Below, piece by piece: positions 23,510-37,334 of a stretch of 64,000 nucleotides of DNA. Below the pieces are notes generated by a model. It was not told where the DNA came from. It made no database searches and was given only the letters and a program-made list of their open reading frames with translations. The DNA is from Octopus sinensis (Eukaryota): NCBI RefSeq assembly GCF_006345805.1, contig NC_042998.1, positions 203,670,001-203,734,000 of the forward strand, written 5' to 3'. Position numbers and translations under genes: made by a program. Position 1 is the first letter of the stretch. Each line of letters opens with the position of its first letter.

Positions 23510-23891
23510 GTGGAGGCGCAATGGCCCAGTGGTTAGGGCAGCGGACTGGCGGTCATAGGATCGCGGTTTCGATTCCCAGACCGGGCGTTGTGAGTGTTTA
23601 TTGAGCGAAAACACCTAAAGCTCCACGAGGCTCCGGCAGGGGATGGTGGTGATCCCTGCTGTACTCTTTCACCACAACTTTCTCTCACTCTTGTTTCTGT
23701 TGTACCTGTATTTCAAGGGGCCGGCCTTGTCACTCTCTGTGTCACGCTGAATATCCCCGAGAACTACGTTAAGGTTACACGTGTCTGTGGAGTGTTCAGC
23801 CACTTACACGTTAATTTCACGAGCAGGCTGTTCCGTTGATTCGGATCAACCGGAACCCTCGTCGTCGTAACCGACGGAGTGCTTCCCCCAG
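23510..23891 (+). mobile_element. SINE family B, full length, 12-bp TSD
   Basis: A box TGGCCCAGTGG, B box GGTTTCGATTCC; TSD ACTCCAAGTCTT at 23498-23509 and 23892-23903. Confidence 0.92.
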
Positions 23892-24445
23892 ACTCCAAGT
23901 CTTAAATTAATTATCTGAGATTGAGCTGTCGTTAACAAGGTTCAAATTTTTTTCCGGACCATTCGCTTCATCTTCAATAATGAAGAAACCTTTTTATAGT
24001 TGAAAAATAAGGTCAATGGACCTTTACAATTACAATCCTATTCTTAAACTAAATGTAGGTTTTGAGACACAAATGAGTCCGTTGTTCGTAGTTGAAAGTA
24101 CTCCTCACTCTTTGATCTTTCTAAAGTATCCTTCCCATGTTGCGTGGAGGTCTTAATACACCTCCCACACCAATAATTCGAATGATTTTAGCTTGTTTTG
24201 TTGTATCTCGGATGGGTTATTATGCCAATAATAAACACACGCACCGGTTCCACTTCGCTTCTTGTTATTCGCGAATTGCTTAACTAGTTAACCGATTGAC
24301 TAATCGATTCTTTGATTCATGCAGATTATCAATCAATCAGTTATTTTTGTCAAAGCCTTTTCATTGCCACCTCTTCAATGACACGGGTTCCTCTCTCTTC
24401 CAGGTTCAACCTCAGCTCTGTTTGTCTCTCTTAGTTTTAAGCCAT

Positions 24446-24476
<31 letters not shown>

Positions 24477-24602
24477 TGTGTGTGTGTGTGTGTGTGTGCA
24501 CGTGTGTATGTGTATGTATGAGTTCATACATTTTGTGTGTGTGTGTGTGGATGGATGGATGTGTGGATGGTTCTATTATCAAGGCTTTATAAAGCTTGTG
24601 AA

Positions 24603-24920
24603 GGCTCGTGGCTTAGTGGTTAGCGTATTTGGCTCAAGACCGTCAGTTCGATTCCTGGAGGCGCGTTTGTACCTTGAGCAAGACACTTTATTTCACTCTG
24701 CTCCTGTCTAGTCACCTGGCAAATATGAGTAGTACCTGTAATTCAAAGGGGGCCAGGCTTATCCCATTCTGTGTCAACGTAAATCTCACTGAGAACTACG
24801 TTAATGTTATGTGTGTCTGTGGAGTACTCAGCCACTTCCACGTTAATGTCACGAGCAGGTTGTTCCATTGATCGGATCAATTACAACACTTGTCGTCATA
24901 ACCGACAAAGAGCCAGTTAG
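24603..24920 (+). mobile_element. SINE family C
   Basis: Head CGTGGCTTAGTGGTTAG..GTTCGATTCC, plus body GAGAACTACGTTAA..GTCTGTGGAGTACTCAGCCAC shared with family B. Confidence 0.8.
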
Positions 24921-25292
24921 TTATATAAAGGGGGAGGAGGTAGTTTATTCAGAGCCTGGGGTGTGACCCCATTGCTTGCAACAGATGTGGAATCCCTTAA
25001 AGAATATCAAGGACCAGGTGCTGGTATTAAACCGCGAAACAGTTTAAGGTCATCACTCAACAATCCAGAACGAAAACAATTTCCTCTGATCTCACTAGAA
25101 TTGCTATTTTTTATTTTTGATTTTTTTTTGATTTTTTGAAAGGCTAAAAAGATCTACGACGATTTGAACCCAGGACCTCGAGAAACGGAACAAATACCGT
25201 AACACGTCTTGTCGCACGCGTTAACTACACGACACCAGTTCGTCGTTCTGGTGAATAACACACACATATCAACCGCCGCAACTACTACCACC

Positions 25293-25350
<58 letters not shown>

Positions 25351-26360
25351 ATACTACTACTAATAATAATAATAAAAATAATACTGCTGCTGCTACCACC
25401 ACCACCACCATCACCACCACCACCACCACCACCACCACTACTACTGCTGCTGCTGCTACTACTACTACTACATCAGTATCTTTGTTTACACCATGTAATC
25501 GTCGTCGTCGTCGTTGTTGTTGTTTTGCTGCTGCTGCTGCTGCTGTTGTTGTTGTTGTTGTTGTTGTTCTTCTTCTTCTTCTTCTTCTTCTTCTTCTTCT
25601 TCTTCTTTCCTTATCTGGAACTTACATACCAAAAATTCAGCTTTTCCCACTTTGTAAATTCGTGGGAAAAATGCAACCTGACATTTTCCATGCATCCCTT
25701 CGAATGGCTCAGAAGATAAACGCTAAAAGGTAGAAATCACATCAACGGATGTTTTCTGTCAACACGATCGCAACGCTTTCCACCCAAAACACTCTTCATT
25801 GTTTTCGACGTTCCAGTTGTGACCCCCCCCCCACCCACCACTGGATTCTTCATATACAATGCCTCATGGATCACATTATTCAATGTGGCAATTTTTAGAT
25901 GGTAGACCGAGTATAGTTTTGGTGAGGGAGCGAAACTCGGTACCCTTGCTTTCCGAATATCCTGTATCGAATTGTTTTTATTTTAGGGGTGGTGCAGTTC
26001 TAAGTACACCTTTCTCAGCGTATATATAAATATGTGTCATCACTGGATCTGTAGGGGTTAAATGTGTGTGTATCAGGTGAACCGATGCAAAAGGGATGTG
26101 TATACCTTTGAAGTAAACGAATGAGTGAATTGATTCATAGTTAAAATAATTTATTCACTGGACTTAATTTGTCGTTGATACACATAATTCTTCACTACAT
26201 GCAAAATGTTGACAACTGCTACGAGTTGCTAGAAAAAGAAACAGGGTACATCTGTGGAATTGATGTGTCAGAAATGAATATGTTTGTTTGTGTATGTGTG
26301 TGTGTGTGTGTGTATGTGTGTGTGTGTGTGTGTGTATGTGTGTGTGTGTGTGTATGCGTA

Positions 26361-27790
26361 GTTCATCTGAGACAGTAGTCTACCGTAGAACTTCGAACAT
26401 TTCTCTCGGTCTCTGTGGCCTGCCACCAAAACCTATCGTGTCGTAGACCTTTCTCGTTTGCCTGCTAGGCCTTTCTTCTTGTCTGTCCCTTGTTGACCAC
26501 CGTATTTATAATAATCGTGGCAGCTAGAAGGACAGACATACTGCAGCAGAGATTGTGCCCAAATAGGTCAGCTCCTGTCCATTTGAACTTCGCCTGACAT
26601 GGCTGAGGTCGTAGGTCAATCACTTTTTGACAGGACAAAGAAAACCTTTTTTCGCGCCTGTTGATCGTGGTGGTTTGGACGACCGAGAATTCTTAGATTC
26701 GGTTTCGAATCTTTCGAATCTAGCAGCAGCAACAGCCGTTCAAGAATTTGGGCCTGGAGATCTCCACTTCCAGCGACTTCGAGGGCCACCTCTCAGTGGT
26801 CTGGGGCGTCAACGAAGAGCCCTCCACTACAACAAGACGACCAAAGTTTTTTTTCCGAGGTCTGGGGTCTCCCGTCCCTAAACCCTAGACCATCACCTAA
26901 TCACCCTGACCCGTCTTGTTGCTTAACAACAACAACAACAGAAGCTTTCCCAACGACTACTACAGTAGCAGGAATAACAGTATCCACAGCAACATCAGAA
27001 AACTGAACAGAAATAGTAACAGCACCCTCGCCAGCGATATCAACAACATAAACAACAGCAAGGGAAGCATCCCGAACAGAACTAGCAGAAGATCACTCAC
27101 TGATGAGAGCAATAACAGCAGCGACAGCATCACTCACCACGGTGGCACCGATAACAGTTCCAACAACACCATCGACGATAGCCATAGCGCCAACAGCGTC
27201 ACCACCGATGATGTCCCCAACGCCAGTATTAACGGCACCAACGCCAGCGCCAACACCAATGCCAGCTTTAACGACCTTAACACCAACAACACCAGCACCA
27301 GCACCAGTAAAGAGCGTCAACACCAACAGAAACAGCATCGCCGAAAATCGCACACGAAGATTCATCGGATGTTCCGGTAACACGTTCGGGCAGCGCCTCT
27401 CCAACCACAGATCCTCTTTTAGGATTCCGGAAAGAAAATACGTTACCTCTCTAGCCAGCCATCTATGGTAACTGAAGGAAGACGGAACTCCACAAGTAAT
27501 ATGATGGAACATCCTTAACTCCGGGGAATATCCTTAACTCCAGAACAGATGTCTTCGGACACCCTGCTTGCACTTCAGGAAATTCCTGCAGGCGTCCTGA
27601 GATCCACACAGGTTCAAATACAATCAGGAGTCAAAGGGAGACAATCCTTTGTTGTTGACAGAGTAACGAAGACTTTTCCTCCTCCATTTCTTAGAGAGGC
27701 CATTTGCTAGAGAGACCACGGGCCAATAGGTTTAGGGTCGGAAGAAACGCTGTAAAGCTAAGCACTTTATGGAACTGAAATACAGGGTAA
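26361..27790 (+). mobile_element. Penelope-like element lacking a recognisable RT but with a degenerate GIY-YIG domain
   Basis: RRFIGCSGNTFGQRLSNHRSSF..TSLASHLW then WNIL (about 27355-27520); begins GTTCATCTGAG right after (TG)n, like the element at 1-1428; boundaries approximate. Confidence 0.65.
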
Positions 27791-27806
27791 CGTCATAGAC
27801 CGGCCA

Positions 27807-27878
<72 letters not shown>

Positions 27879-27889
27879 AGTGCATAAGT

Positions 27890-28085
27890 AACTGAGATCA
27901 CAAAATTCTTTCATGGACGGAACACCAATTCGTTACAAAGTTACTCATTTAGCAGCGGAGTGGGGCAGATCAAGGTAAAATGAAATGTCTTGTTCAGGAG
28001 CACAAGAACACGACACATCGCTCGGTTTGGGAATCGAAACCTCAATTTTGTGATCATGAGTACACCTTAAGCACTAGACCACGTT
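27890..28085 (-). mobile_element. Degenerate SINE family C-like fragment
   Basis: TGTCTTGTTCAGGAGCACAA..GGGAATCGAAACC..TGTGATCATGAG. Confidence 0.5.
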
Positions 28086-28213
28086 CCCTCACAATTCACT
28101 TTGGAAATTTGGTTGAAACAACAACACATTCAGATGTCAGACGCAGCCACAATTCTTGGCAGTTTTTGCTGACAACATGAAGAATAACTTATTCAACAAT
28201 GCTTTATAAGCAA

Positions 28214-28301
<88 letters not shown>

Positions 28302-29029
28302 TGAACGTGGCTACACATATATCTACATGCACTAGACAGGCGTGTGGTATGGAGCTATGCCTCTTGACGTCTTGATTTCGATTCTTAACAAGTTCAACCT
28401 TTCATGCTTCCGGTGTTGATAAAACCACGTCTCAGAAATACAGGAGTCGATAGAATCGATAATTCCCCCACCCCCACCCACCCCCAAAAAGGTGAGCTAG
28501 AAATCAATACATAGTGAAACACAGAAGGAGTAGGTCTTCGTTTTAGACATTTTATTTCTTCGACAAATACTTTACGCATCAATTTCTTTAATATTCTTGT
28601 TTGTGTTTGTTTTATTATTTTAAGAAGTAATTTTTCATTTTTTTGTTGTTGTTGTTGCCGATTTGACTAGCTTTGACTCAGCCATATTTACGTCAATCCT
28701 AATTTAAATTTGTTGACTAATTCAAAAATATATTAAAAAGAAACAACCACATTAGAAATAAAGCTGTGACGTCATCTCTTACGTCACTGCATTTTAAAAT
28801 TACGATCTGAGAGGAAGTGACTAACGAGATTAAAAGATGAATAAATGCAAAGATTAAAGCCGAACGATCGCAATTATAACAACAAAACCGGAATAAAATT
28901 GGAGTAAATATAAAATTAAAAAAACAAAAGGAAATGGTTTTGAGCGAAAAAAATCTAACGAAAAATTATAAAACGAGATTTATACTTTTTCTTCCTTTTT
29001 AAAAAAATTTCTGATAGTTTGGCAACACG

Positions 29030-29077
29030 TTGCGATGTATACATACATGCACTATTAAGTATATAACATGCGTGTAT

Positions 29078-29132
<55 letters not shown>

Positions 29133-29239
29133 GACGCACACACACATATATATATGTATGTATATTGATAGATAGAGAGATCCAGAAATATATACATACA
29201 TGCATGCATGCATTTTTATACTTACAAACATATATATTT

Positions 29240-29287
<48 letters not shown>

Positions 29288-29897
29288 GTGTGTGTGTACA
29301 TATATACATACATACATACATATACATATATACATCTGTACATAGATATATACATACATTCATGCATGCATACATATATATACACCTGCATACATATATA
29401 CATCCGTTCATACATACATACATACGTACATACAAGCATACATATATACATTCATACATACATACGTACATAAATACATACTACATACATACATACATAC
29501 ATACATCTGTACATACATATATACATACATTCATGCATGCAAACTTACAGACATGCATACATACACACATACACACACTTACATGCATACATACAGACAT
29601 GCGTGTATAAATACACACACATACACACACGCTTACAGGCATACATACACACATACACACACATACATACATACATACATACATACATACATACACACAC
29701 TTACATACATACACACATGCACACACGTACATACATACACACATACGCACACACATACATACATACATACATACACACATACATACATAAACCCACACTT
29801 ACATACATACACACACACTTACATACACACACATACATACATACATACACACACGCATACATACATACATGCATGCATACATACATACATACATACA

Positions 29898-29931
<34 letters not shown>

Positions 29932-29960
29932 CATACGTACACACACACACATACATACAC
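29030..29960. repeat. Long degenerate (TACA)n/(CA)n microsatellite
   Basis: Read directly from the sequence. Confidence 0.95.
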
Positions 29961-30404
29961 AGGGCTGCAGTATTAAGGATTTGTATAAACATATTTTACA
30001 TAAACGTATTCTATATTGGAAAGCTTAGAAGTCTCATTAAAATGGTAAATTGGATACATATAGGATAACTATAAATATAAATAGATTTATAGAGGATATA
30101 GGTGGATAAATGTATATTTATATCCGGAATTATAATTATTTTTCAGTCGTATTTTAATTGCGTGCTTTTACTGTGCACCGGAGTACAGCTGTGTTGTCAC
30201 TTCGCTGCCAGTTTTGGGTTGGTGTTCGGTCGCGTTGCTTCTGCTGTGTTGAGCCGAAGCAGGGGCGCCTAGTAGTGCTGGTCTAGTTCTGTGTGTGTTC
30301 GGGTATTTGGATAATGTATTTCACCACAATGATTCTTTCCAATTCTCGAATAATTGTTTGAGGGGGAGGGGCTAGTCATTTATGTTCAACCACCACCCCT
30401 TCCC

Positions 30405-30530
30405 CAGTGCTCAACGGGTACTTCATTCAATTGATCGTCTCCAAAAGGAGGAAAGGCAAAGTCGACTTCGGTGGAATTTGAACTCAGAACGTAAAGTGCC
30501 GAAAGAAGAGCTGTTATGTATTTCATCCGG
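30405..30530 (-). mobile_element. Old SINE family D fragment
   Basis: GGAAAGGCAAAGTCGACTTCGGTGGAATTTGAACTCAGAACGTAA. Confidence 0.65.
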
Positions 30531-30814
30531 CCCACCATAATGACGACAATCAGCTACAAAAAAGTTCACAATGAAGTAAACCACCCCATTAAACAATGCA
30601 GAATTCAGACCCCCCCCCACACACACACGGATATGTAAAACAAGGTCAAACGTATGCGGATATAATTTCGATGCATTCCGGTTACTCAAGTCGAGCTGAC
30701 GAGAAGAGGAGTGAGTCAGAGAAGAGGATTGGGAAGAGAAAAACCACGGCCTTGGATCTAAAACGCAACATGTGGAGAGCAAACGAAAAGGAAAATAGTC
30801 TTGGCAGATATAAG

Positions 30815-30958
30815 ACCGTGCGTAGCTGTGTGGTAAGAAGCTTGCTTACCAGCCACATGGTTCTGGGTTCAGTCCCACTGCATGGTACCTTGGACAAGTA
30901 TCTTCTACTAAAGCCTTGTGAGAAGATTTGGTAGAGAGAAACTGAAAGAAGCCCGTCA

Positions 30959-30989
<31 letters not shown>

Positions 30990-31295
30990 CTATATATATG
31001 ACATATATATATTGTGTGTGGTGTGGTGTGTGTGTGGTGTGTGTTGTATGGCGTGTGTGTGTGGGCGCGCGCTTGTGTGTATGTTTGTGTTTGTGCTCTA
31101 ACCATCGCTTGGCAACCGATGTTGGTGTGTTTATGTCACCCGCAACTTAATGGCTCCGTAAAAGAGACTGACAGAATAAGTACGTAGCTTACGAAGAATA
31201 AGAGCTGGGGTTGATTTGTTCCACTAAAGGCAGTGCTCCAGCATGGCCGCAGTCAAATGACTGAAACCAATAAAAGAGCAAAAGAAGAGAATAAA
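30815..31295 (+). mobile_element. SINE family A with an expanded internal TA/TG tract
   Basis: Head at 30815, body resumes at about 31090, tail near 31290. Confidence 0.85.
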
Positions 31296-31304
31296 AGAAT
31301 AGAC

Positions 31305-31545
31305 CAGTGGTCCTCAACGCTTTTTTGCCCATCGACCCCTTGGACTCCTACTCCACTGGGCTTCCAGAGCCATTCGTGGTATAAAAAATCTTATTGGAAT
31401 TTTATAATTAAATGTTATTAGGAACTGCATAAAAAAAAATTGTTGAAATATTTTCTAAATTGTAAAAATATAACCAATTCATTTTGACAATAAAAATCTG
31501 ATATGGACCCCCAACAGGCATGTGGACCCCAGTTAAGAATCACTG
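31305..31545. mobile_element. hAT-type MITE
   Basis: TIRs CAGTGGTCCTCAAC / GTTAAGAATCACTG; the 8-bp flanks match only 5 of 8. Confidence 0.6.
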
Positions 31546-31832
31546 AAAGGGACAATCCAGTCATGCCGCCCGCAAATATGGGCAGGAACTACAACCGGCG
31601 AAGTTGTGAGAGGGACAAGAAGAAGAAGAAGAAGAAGCAAGTCCACAGCTGCCACAAAAGAATTGTCCAATACAAGGAAGCGTGTCCGGAAGATTTTCCA
31701 TGAAAGATGTTTGTAAAGGAAAAGATTTGACGTTGGAAAATTCACAGTAAGACAAATTCACCGAAGGACAAGGATAAAGTGTGTTAGAGCGGCATTCTTT
31801 AAAATACCGAAAAAAAAATTCAATGAAAGATG

Positions 31833-32243
31833 GGCGTAGGAGTGGCTGTGTGGTAAGTAGCTTGCTTACGAACCACATGGTTCTGGGTTCAGTCCCACTG
31901 CGTGGCACCTTGGGTAAGTGTCTTCTACTATAGCCTCGGACCGACCAAAGCCTTGTAAGTGGATTTGGTAGACAAAAACTGAAAGAAGCTCTTCGTATAC
32001 ATGTAGGTGTGTGTGTATTTGTTTGTGTGTCTGTGTTTGTCCCCCCAACATCGCTTGACAACCGATGCTAGTGTGTTTACGTCTCGGTAACGTATTGGTT
32101 CGGCAAAAGAGGCCGATAGAATAAGTACTAGGCTTACAAAGAATAAGTCCCGGGGTCGATTTGCTCGACTAAAGGCGGTGCTCCAGCATGGCCACAGTTA
32201 AATGACTGAAACAAGTAAAAGAGTAAAAGAGAAAAGAGAGTAA
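31833..32243 (+). mobile_element. SINE family A, full length
   Basis: Head GGCGTAGGAGTGGCTGTGTGG through the GTAAAAGA tail. Confidence 0.9.
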
Positions 32244-33367
32244 GAGATGGTTTTATAAAAGCATTAGATCCTATGATTTAGAAGGCTGAGAAGGGTGACA
32301 GTAATCATCGAATATTTTACATATTTCTAAGACATTTTTTCACTGTTTTTTCTATCTATTCGGTAAACATATTTTGAATTATTTTAGGGAAGAATCTCGA
32401 GTCGAAGATGCCTAAGGGACAGTTTGAGAATTCTCAAGACAATCCGTCCTTAAGCCCCGAATTACCAATACTTAATGACAAGGAAGGGGATATATCTCAA
32501 CTATTCGCAGACCAACGCATCGCAGTTACGAGTAGCAGCATTTCTTGTGAGGCCAACAAGCTTTTCAAGAAACGATTTGAGGAGTGGAAACGCTGCTGAG
32601 AAAATACTTCAATAAGAAGAACACAACAGAAAATGAGGCCGATAAATCTGTTGAACACATGTGGAGCATTTTGGTCAAGATTCATGCCAAGAGATTGGTG
32701 TTATAGTTTGAGAGGTGCAAATTTGTACGATTTCTGGTAGATTTATCCACAGTAACCTCGAATTCTTGCGATTCATGTTTGAGAGGATTTGTCCAAGAGC
32801 TGGCTTTGCAAGGTGAGGTCTGTAATAGTCAGTATCTGGCGGTATTTACGAAGAATGTATGAAACGTTTTGAGTCGTGAAGTCTTGTAGCTTCATCAGAA
32901 GTCTTGTACAATATAAGAGCAGCCGATTCCATTTTCAGAGGCAGGATTGCTACAATGCACAAAGAAATATGTTCTGTAGGTAAAACAAATAGCGAGCTAG
33001 CGAAACTGGTTTCGCTTGCTTGGTGCAACAAGGATCCACCCTCTCATCTCCATATCTTGGGGTTGGTGTTATTGTTGCGTTAAGGTGCTTCCATCACAAA
33101 CTGGGACAGAAGAGTCGTGTCTGCATACACGGACGGCATCACCGGAATAATGCCGGATATTCTATAAGAGTGTGCGGCACTGTGCCGGACATTTAACGGA
33201 AGCGTGTTTATGGAATTAATTTAATGTGGTCGGTTTAATGACCGAGCAACAAGAGGAACCAAGTCTACCAAGTGCTGTGGTCTCGATTTCTTGGACTAAT
33301 TAGGCCGGCGACTTACTTTCCGTAACGTATAAGTCAAGGAAACCACAACTTCATGGCAGGGCGACCC

Positions 33368-33507
33368 GTTTACAGCTGGGTGGACTGGGGCAACGTGGGA
33401 TGAAGTATTTTGCTGAAGGATACAACGCTCTGCCCGATCCGGGAATCGAATCCACAGTCTTCCGATCGTGAGCACAACACTCTAACCACAAGGCCACGCG
33501 CCTTCAC
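33368..33507 (-). mobile_element. SINE family C-like fragment
   Basis: Minus strand GCGCGTGGCCTTGTGGTTAGAGTG..GTGGATTCGATTCCC head. Confidence 0.6.
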
Positions 33508-33714
33508 CACACACACACGCACACACACACCACACACACACACACACACACACGCACAAACACACTCACACACACGCACACACACATGCACACATACATA
33601 CATAAATACAAAAACATAGTACATACATACATATATAAATACATGCATGTATATATATATATACAAGCGTACATACATACACACACACTCACACACATGC
33701 ATATATAAATGTGC

Positions 33715-33754
<40 letters not shown>

Positions 33755-34053
33755 AACTATGAATGCGTGACCTTTTTGCTGTCTACCTACTAAAATCTGA
33801 TTGTTGCTTGCGCTGGTAATACTACGCGACATAACTTAAACGTACGGCAAATAGGAATCGATTGAAGAAGTTCGAGCGGTCGATGGGATAATTAGTGAGA
33901 TCGAAATGATTGATTTAACGTTTGAAGGTAACACCGTAGCACTAGGACGGCATGATTACGGCCCAGATGTTGAACCAGTAAATGTAATACACGTGTTTGT
34001 GTGTATGTTGTGTGTATGTGAGAGAGGAATTGTGTGTGTGTGTGGTGTGTGTG

Positions 34054-34094
<41 letters not shown>

Positions 34095-34388
34095 ATATAT
34101 ATATATAAACAGACAAGTGATACAACAAGGCACCTATATTTACTGGAAAATAGCAATCGATACAAATACGGCGCTTTGTATAGCTCACTGCGCATTTACT
34201 AGCAAAGACGTGTGTGTGCAACAAACATGAAACAAACAATATATATATATGTATATATATATATATATGTATGTATATATATGTATATATATAGTAAACC
34301 CGAAAAGCGAAGAACAAACACAAAAAAACAACAACGCGAGGACATAGTACGTGTAAAATATTAGCAGACGCTCAGGGAAAGAAAGGTG

Positions 34389-34424
34389 GTTTTACGTTTC
34401 GAGCAAACGCTCATCTTCAGAAAC
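34389..34424 (-). ncRNA. Minimal type I hammerhead motif within a short element (about 34295-34495)
   Basis: Minus strand GTTT-CTGAAGA-T-GAGC-GTTT-GCTC-GAAA-CG-T-A-AAAC; palindromic ACGT stem III, GUA site. Confidence 0.72.
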
Positions 34425-34512
34425 AGGAGACAGAGGGAGGAAAGTTCAAGAGAAAAGGAAGACGGAGGAAAAGAATCACCAATGATTCACATGTGGTTAT
34501 AGATAGATAGAA

Positions 34513-34595
<83 letters not shown>

Positions 34596-34679
34596 CAGAT
34601 AGACAGACAGACAGATAGACAGACAGACAGATAGACAGACAGACAGATAGACAGACAGATAGACAGACAGACAGACAGG

Positions 34680-34750
<71 letters not shown>

Positions 34751-35039
34751 ACTGATTTATCGATTTCTTCCCTGACTTCTACCACCACTACACACAAAAC
34801 TATTAACTTACAAGCGATCATTTTCAACACATACAGAGGTCTCTTATTGAACATCCGTAGACTTTTAGCGTCTCGTGTAATTCATTCATGTGTCTCTGAT
34901 ACGCGGTAAGCAGATCGACGGAATTTACGTTCAGAGGTTTCAAGTGTCGAGAAGTTTTCAATCTGTTCCTCACACAATATCTACGCCTGCTTATTCGGTC
35001 GGAAATGTTTATATTACGATTTATTAAATTGAAAGGAAT

Positions 35040-35123
<84 letters not shown>

Positions 35124-35777
35124 AACACACAAACATATACACACACACCACACACATACACACACACCACTCACATACACACATGTGTATATATATATAC
35201 ACACACAAACACACTCATATATATATATATATATATACACAAACACACTCATATATATATTTATATATATACACACACACAGACTCACACATAGGTAGAT
35301 AGGTAAATAAATAGATGGATAGATAGATCAATCGATAGACAGATAGACAGACAGAGAGACAGACAGATACATACATACATGCATACATATATACATAGAT
35401 GGACGGTTAGATGGATGGATGGTTGTGTGTGTGTGTGTGTGTTTGTGTATGCGTGTGTGTAGGATCAGTATGGCTGGATAGTTAAGAAGCTCGCTTTGCG
35501 ATCTCGACGTCTCGGGACCGACTCCTCAGAATGGTATTTCCTTGGGACGACTCATATCTTGTTAATGAAGTCGGGTAGACAGAAACTGCAATGGAATCTC
35601 TGCATTTCGAAATAAAAGTTTCGCCTTGCCACACACTGAATGACGTTGAGTCTGCGTGAGAATTACGTGCAGATTACACCTGATATCTGTGGAATATGAA
35701 GCAGGTAATTCATTCATCAAAGCTCAAAATCCTCGTCGCCAAACGACGAAAGCTCACCCAAAAACAAAAAGCATATA

Positions 35778-36155
35778 CAGGAGTGGCCGTGTAGTAAGTA
35801 GCTTGCTTACCAACCACATGGTTCCGGGTTCAGTACCACTGCGTGGCACCTTGGGCAAGTGTCTTCTACTATAACCTCCGTCCTACCAAAGCCTTGTGAA
35901 TGGATTTAGAAGAGGGAAACTGGAAGAAGCCCGTCGTATATATGTATGTGTGTGTGTGTTTGTGTGTGTTTTTGTCCCCCCACCAACATCGGTTGACAAG
36001 CGATACTGGTGTGTTTACGTCCCCGTAACTCAGCGGTTCGGCAAAAGAAACCGATACAAAGAATAAGTCCTGGGATCGATTTGCTCGTTTAAAGGCGGTG
36101 CTCCAGCATAGCCGCAGTCAAATGACTGAAACAAGTAAAAGAATAAAAGAATAAA
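35778..36155 (+). mobile_element. SINE family A
   Basis: Head CAGGAGTGGCCGTGTAGTAAG, body and tail present. Confidence 0.88.
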
Positions 36156-37334
36156 ATAATCTATACACACATATACATACATACATACATACATACATAC
36201 ATACATACATACATACAGTCAGACAGACAGACAGACAAGAAGGTGCAAAAATCACAGCAGTTTCCATGACCTGTCGATCTACTGATGCAAATCAGTCAAT
36301 GTTGTAGACTGTATCTCTTATGATAAAAGGCAGATTTTCTCTGCCTGTTCCCATGTTTCTTTTTAATACAATTCTACAATATAGAATTTCTTCAATTGGA
36401 ATTTACCTATGATTTTTCCAAGTAGATTCGATGGGTCATGGCATGTAAAGTTTTTTTCAATTTGACCCCAAATTAAGCAAAAATTCGAGAAAACTCAATA
36501 TTTTACGATTTGCCTCTCTCATTTCAAGTGCTTCACTCCTTCCATTACCACCACACTTTCTCCTACTTTCTCTTTGCAAGTGTACAACAATTAAAGTGAA
36601 TGTTGTCTTCGAAACATGTGTCGAAAGTAAAAGAAATTTGAATAACATCTGCGTTCAACTCCATTTATTTCCTTATATATATATAGCCTGGAGCATGCTG
36701 AAAAAAAAGGGATTGGTTTGTTTGACAAAAAGTCTTCAAGGCGTTGCCCCAGCATGGCCGCAGTCTATTGACTGAAACAAAATATGAATATTAGAATGGG
36801 AATAAACCCGGAACCATGTGGTTCGTAAGCAAGCTACTTACCACACAGCCACTCCTGCGCCTATACATGCGTTGATAAATTAATATTGATTTATTGGTGA
36901 CAGGGCTGAGAAGCACCTCATAAGTCTAGTGTGCACGTGCGCGCGTGTGCGTGTATGTGGTGTGTGGTGTGTGGTGTGGTGTGTGTGTGTGTGTGTGTGT
37001 AGGTGTGCATCGAAAAATGCAAACTGCAAATGTAGACAACAAAACCGCACATGATTCCCTTGCGGTGAACAGCCGGCAGAAGTCCTTAGTCCTGTCTCTC
37101 AAGTGAATCAATTCTGGACAAATTGAAGAACGGCGTCCATCCGTTTCATTTATACGCATGCCTCTGTGTGTGTGTGTGTGGGTGTGGGTGTGGGTGGTGT
37201 TATGCTTTACCTTCTTAATTCATTCAGTTCATTCTTAAATGTGTTTTCTGGGGTTTTTGGGGGTTTTTGTTTGTTTGCTGTGTTTGCTATAATTGCTTCT
37301 ACTTGTTTGTCTGTTAGCGTATGAATAAATTTGC

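Noticed and set aside
23510-23590. tRNA gene (also other SINE heads)
   Set aside because: A and B boxes are present, but they continue into SINE bodies with TSDs and I could not fold a full cloverleaf.
27705-27760. Hammerhead-like GACC/GGTC stem with GAAAC at the 3' end of the Penelope remnant
   Set aside because: The core reads CTAGAGA, extra bases precede GAAA and there is no convincing stem I.
32860-32900. CTGATGA...AAAACGT on the minus strand
   Set aside because: No stem II pairing and G12 is absent; probably chance within a decayed coding stretch.
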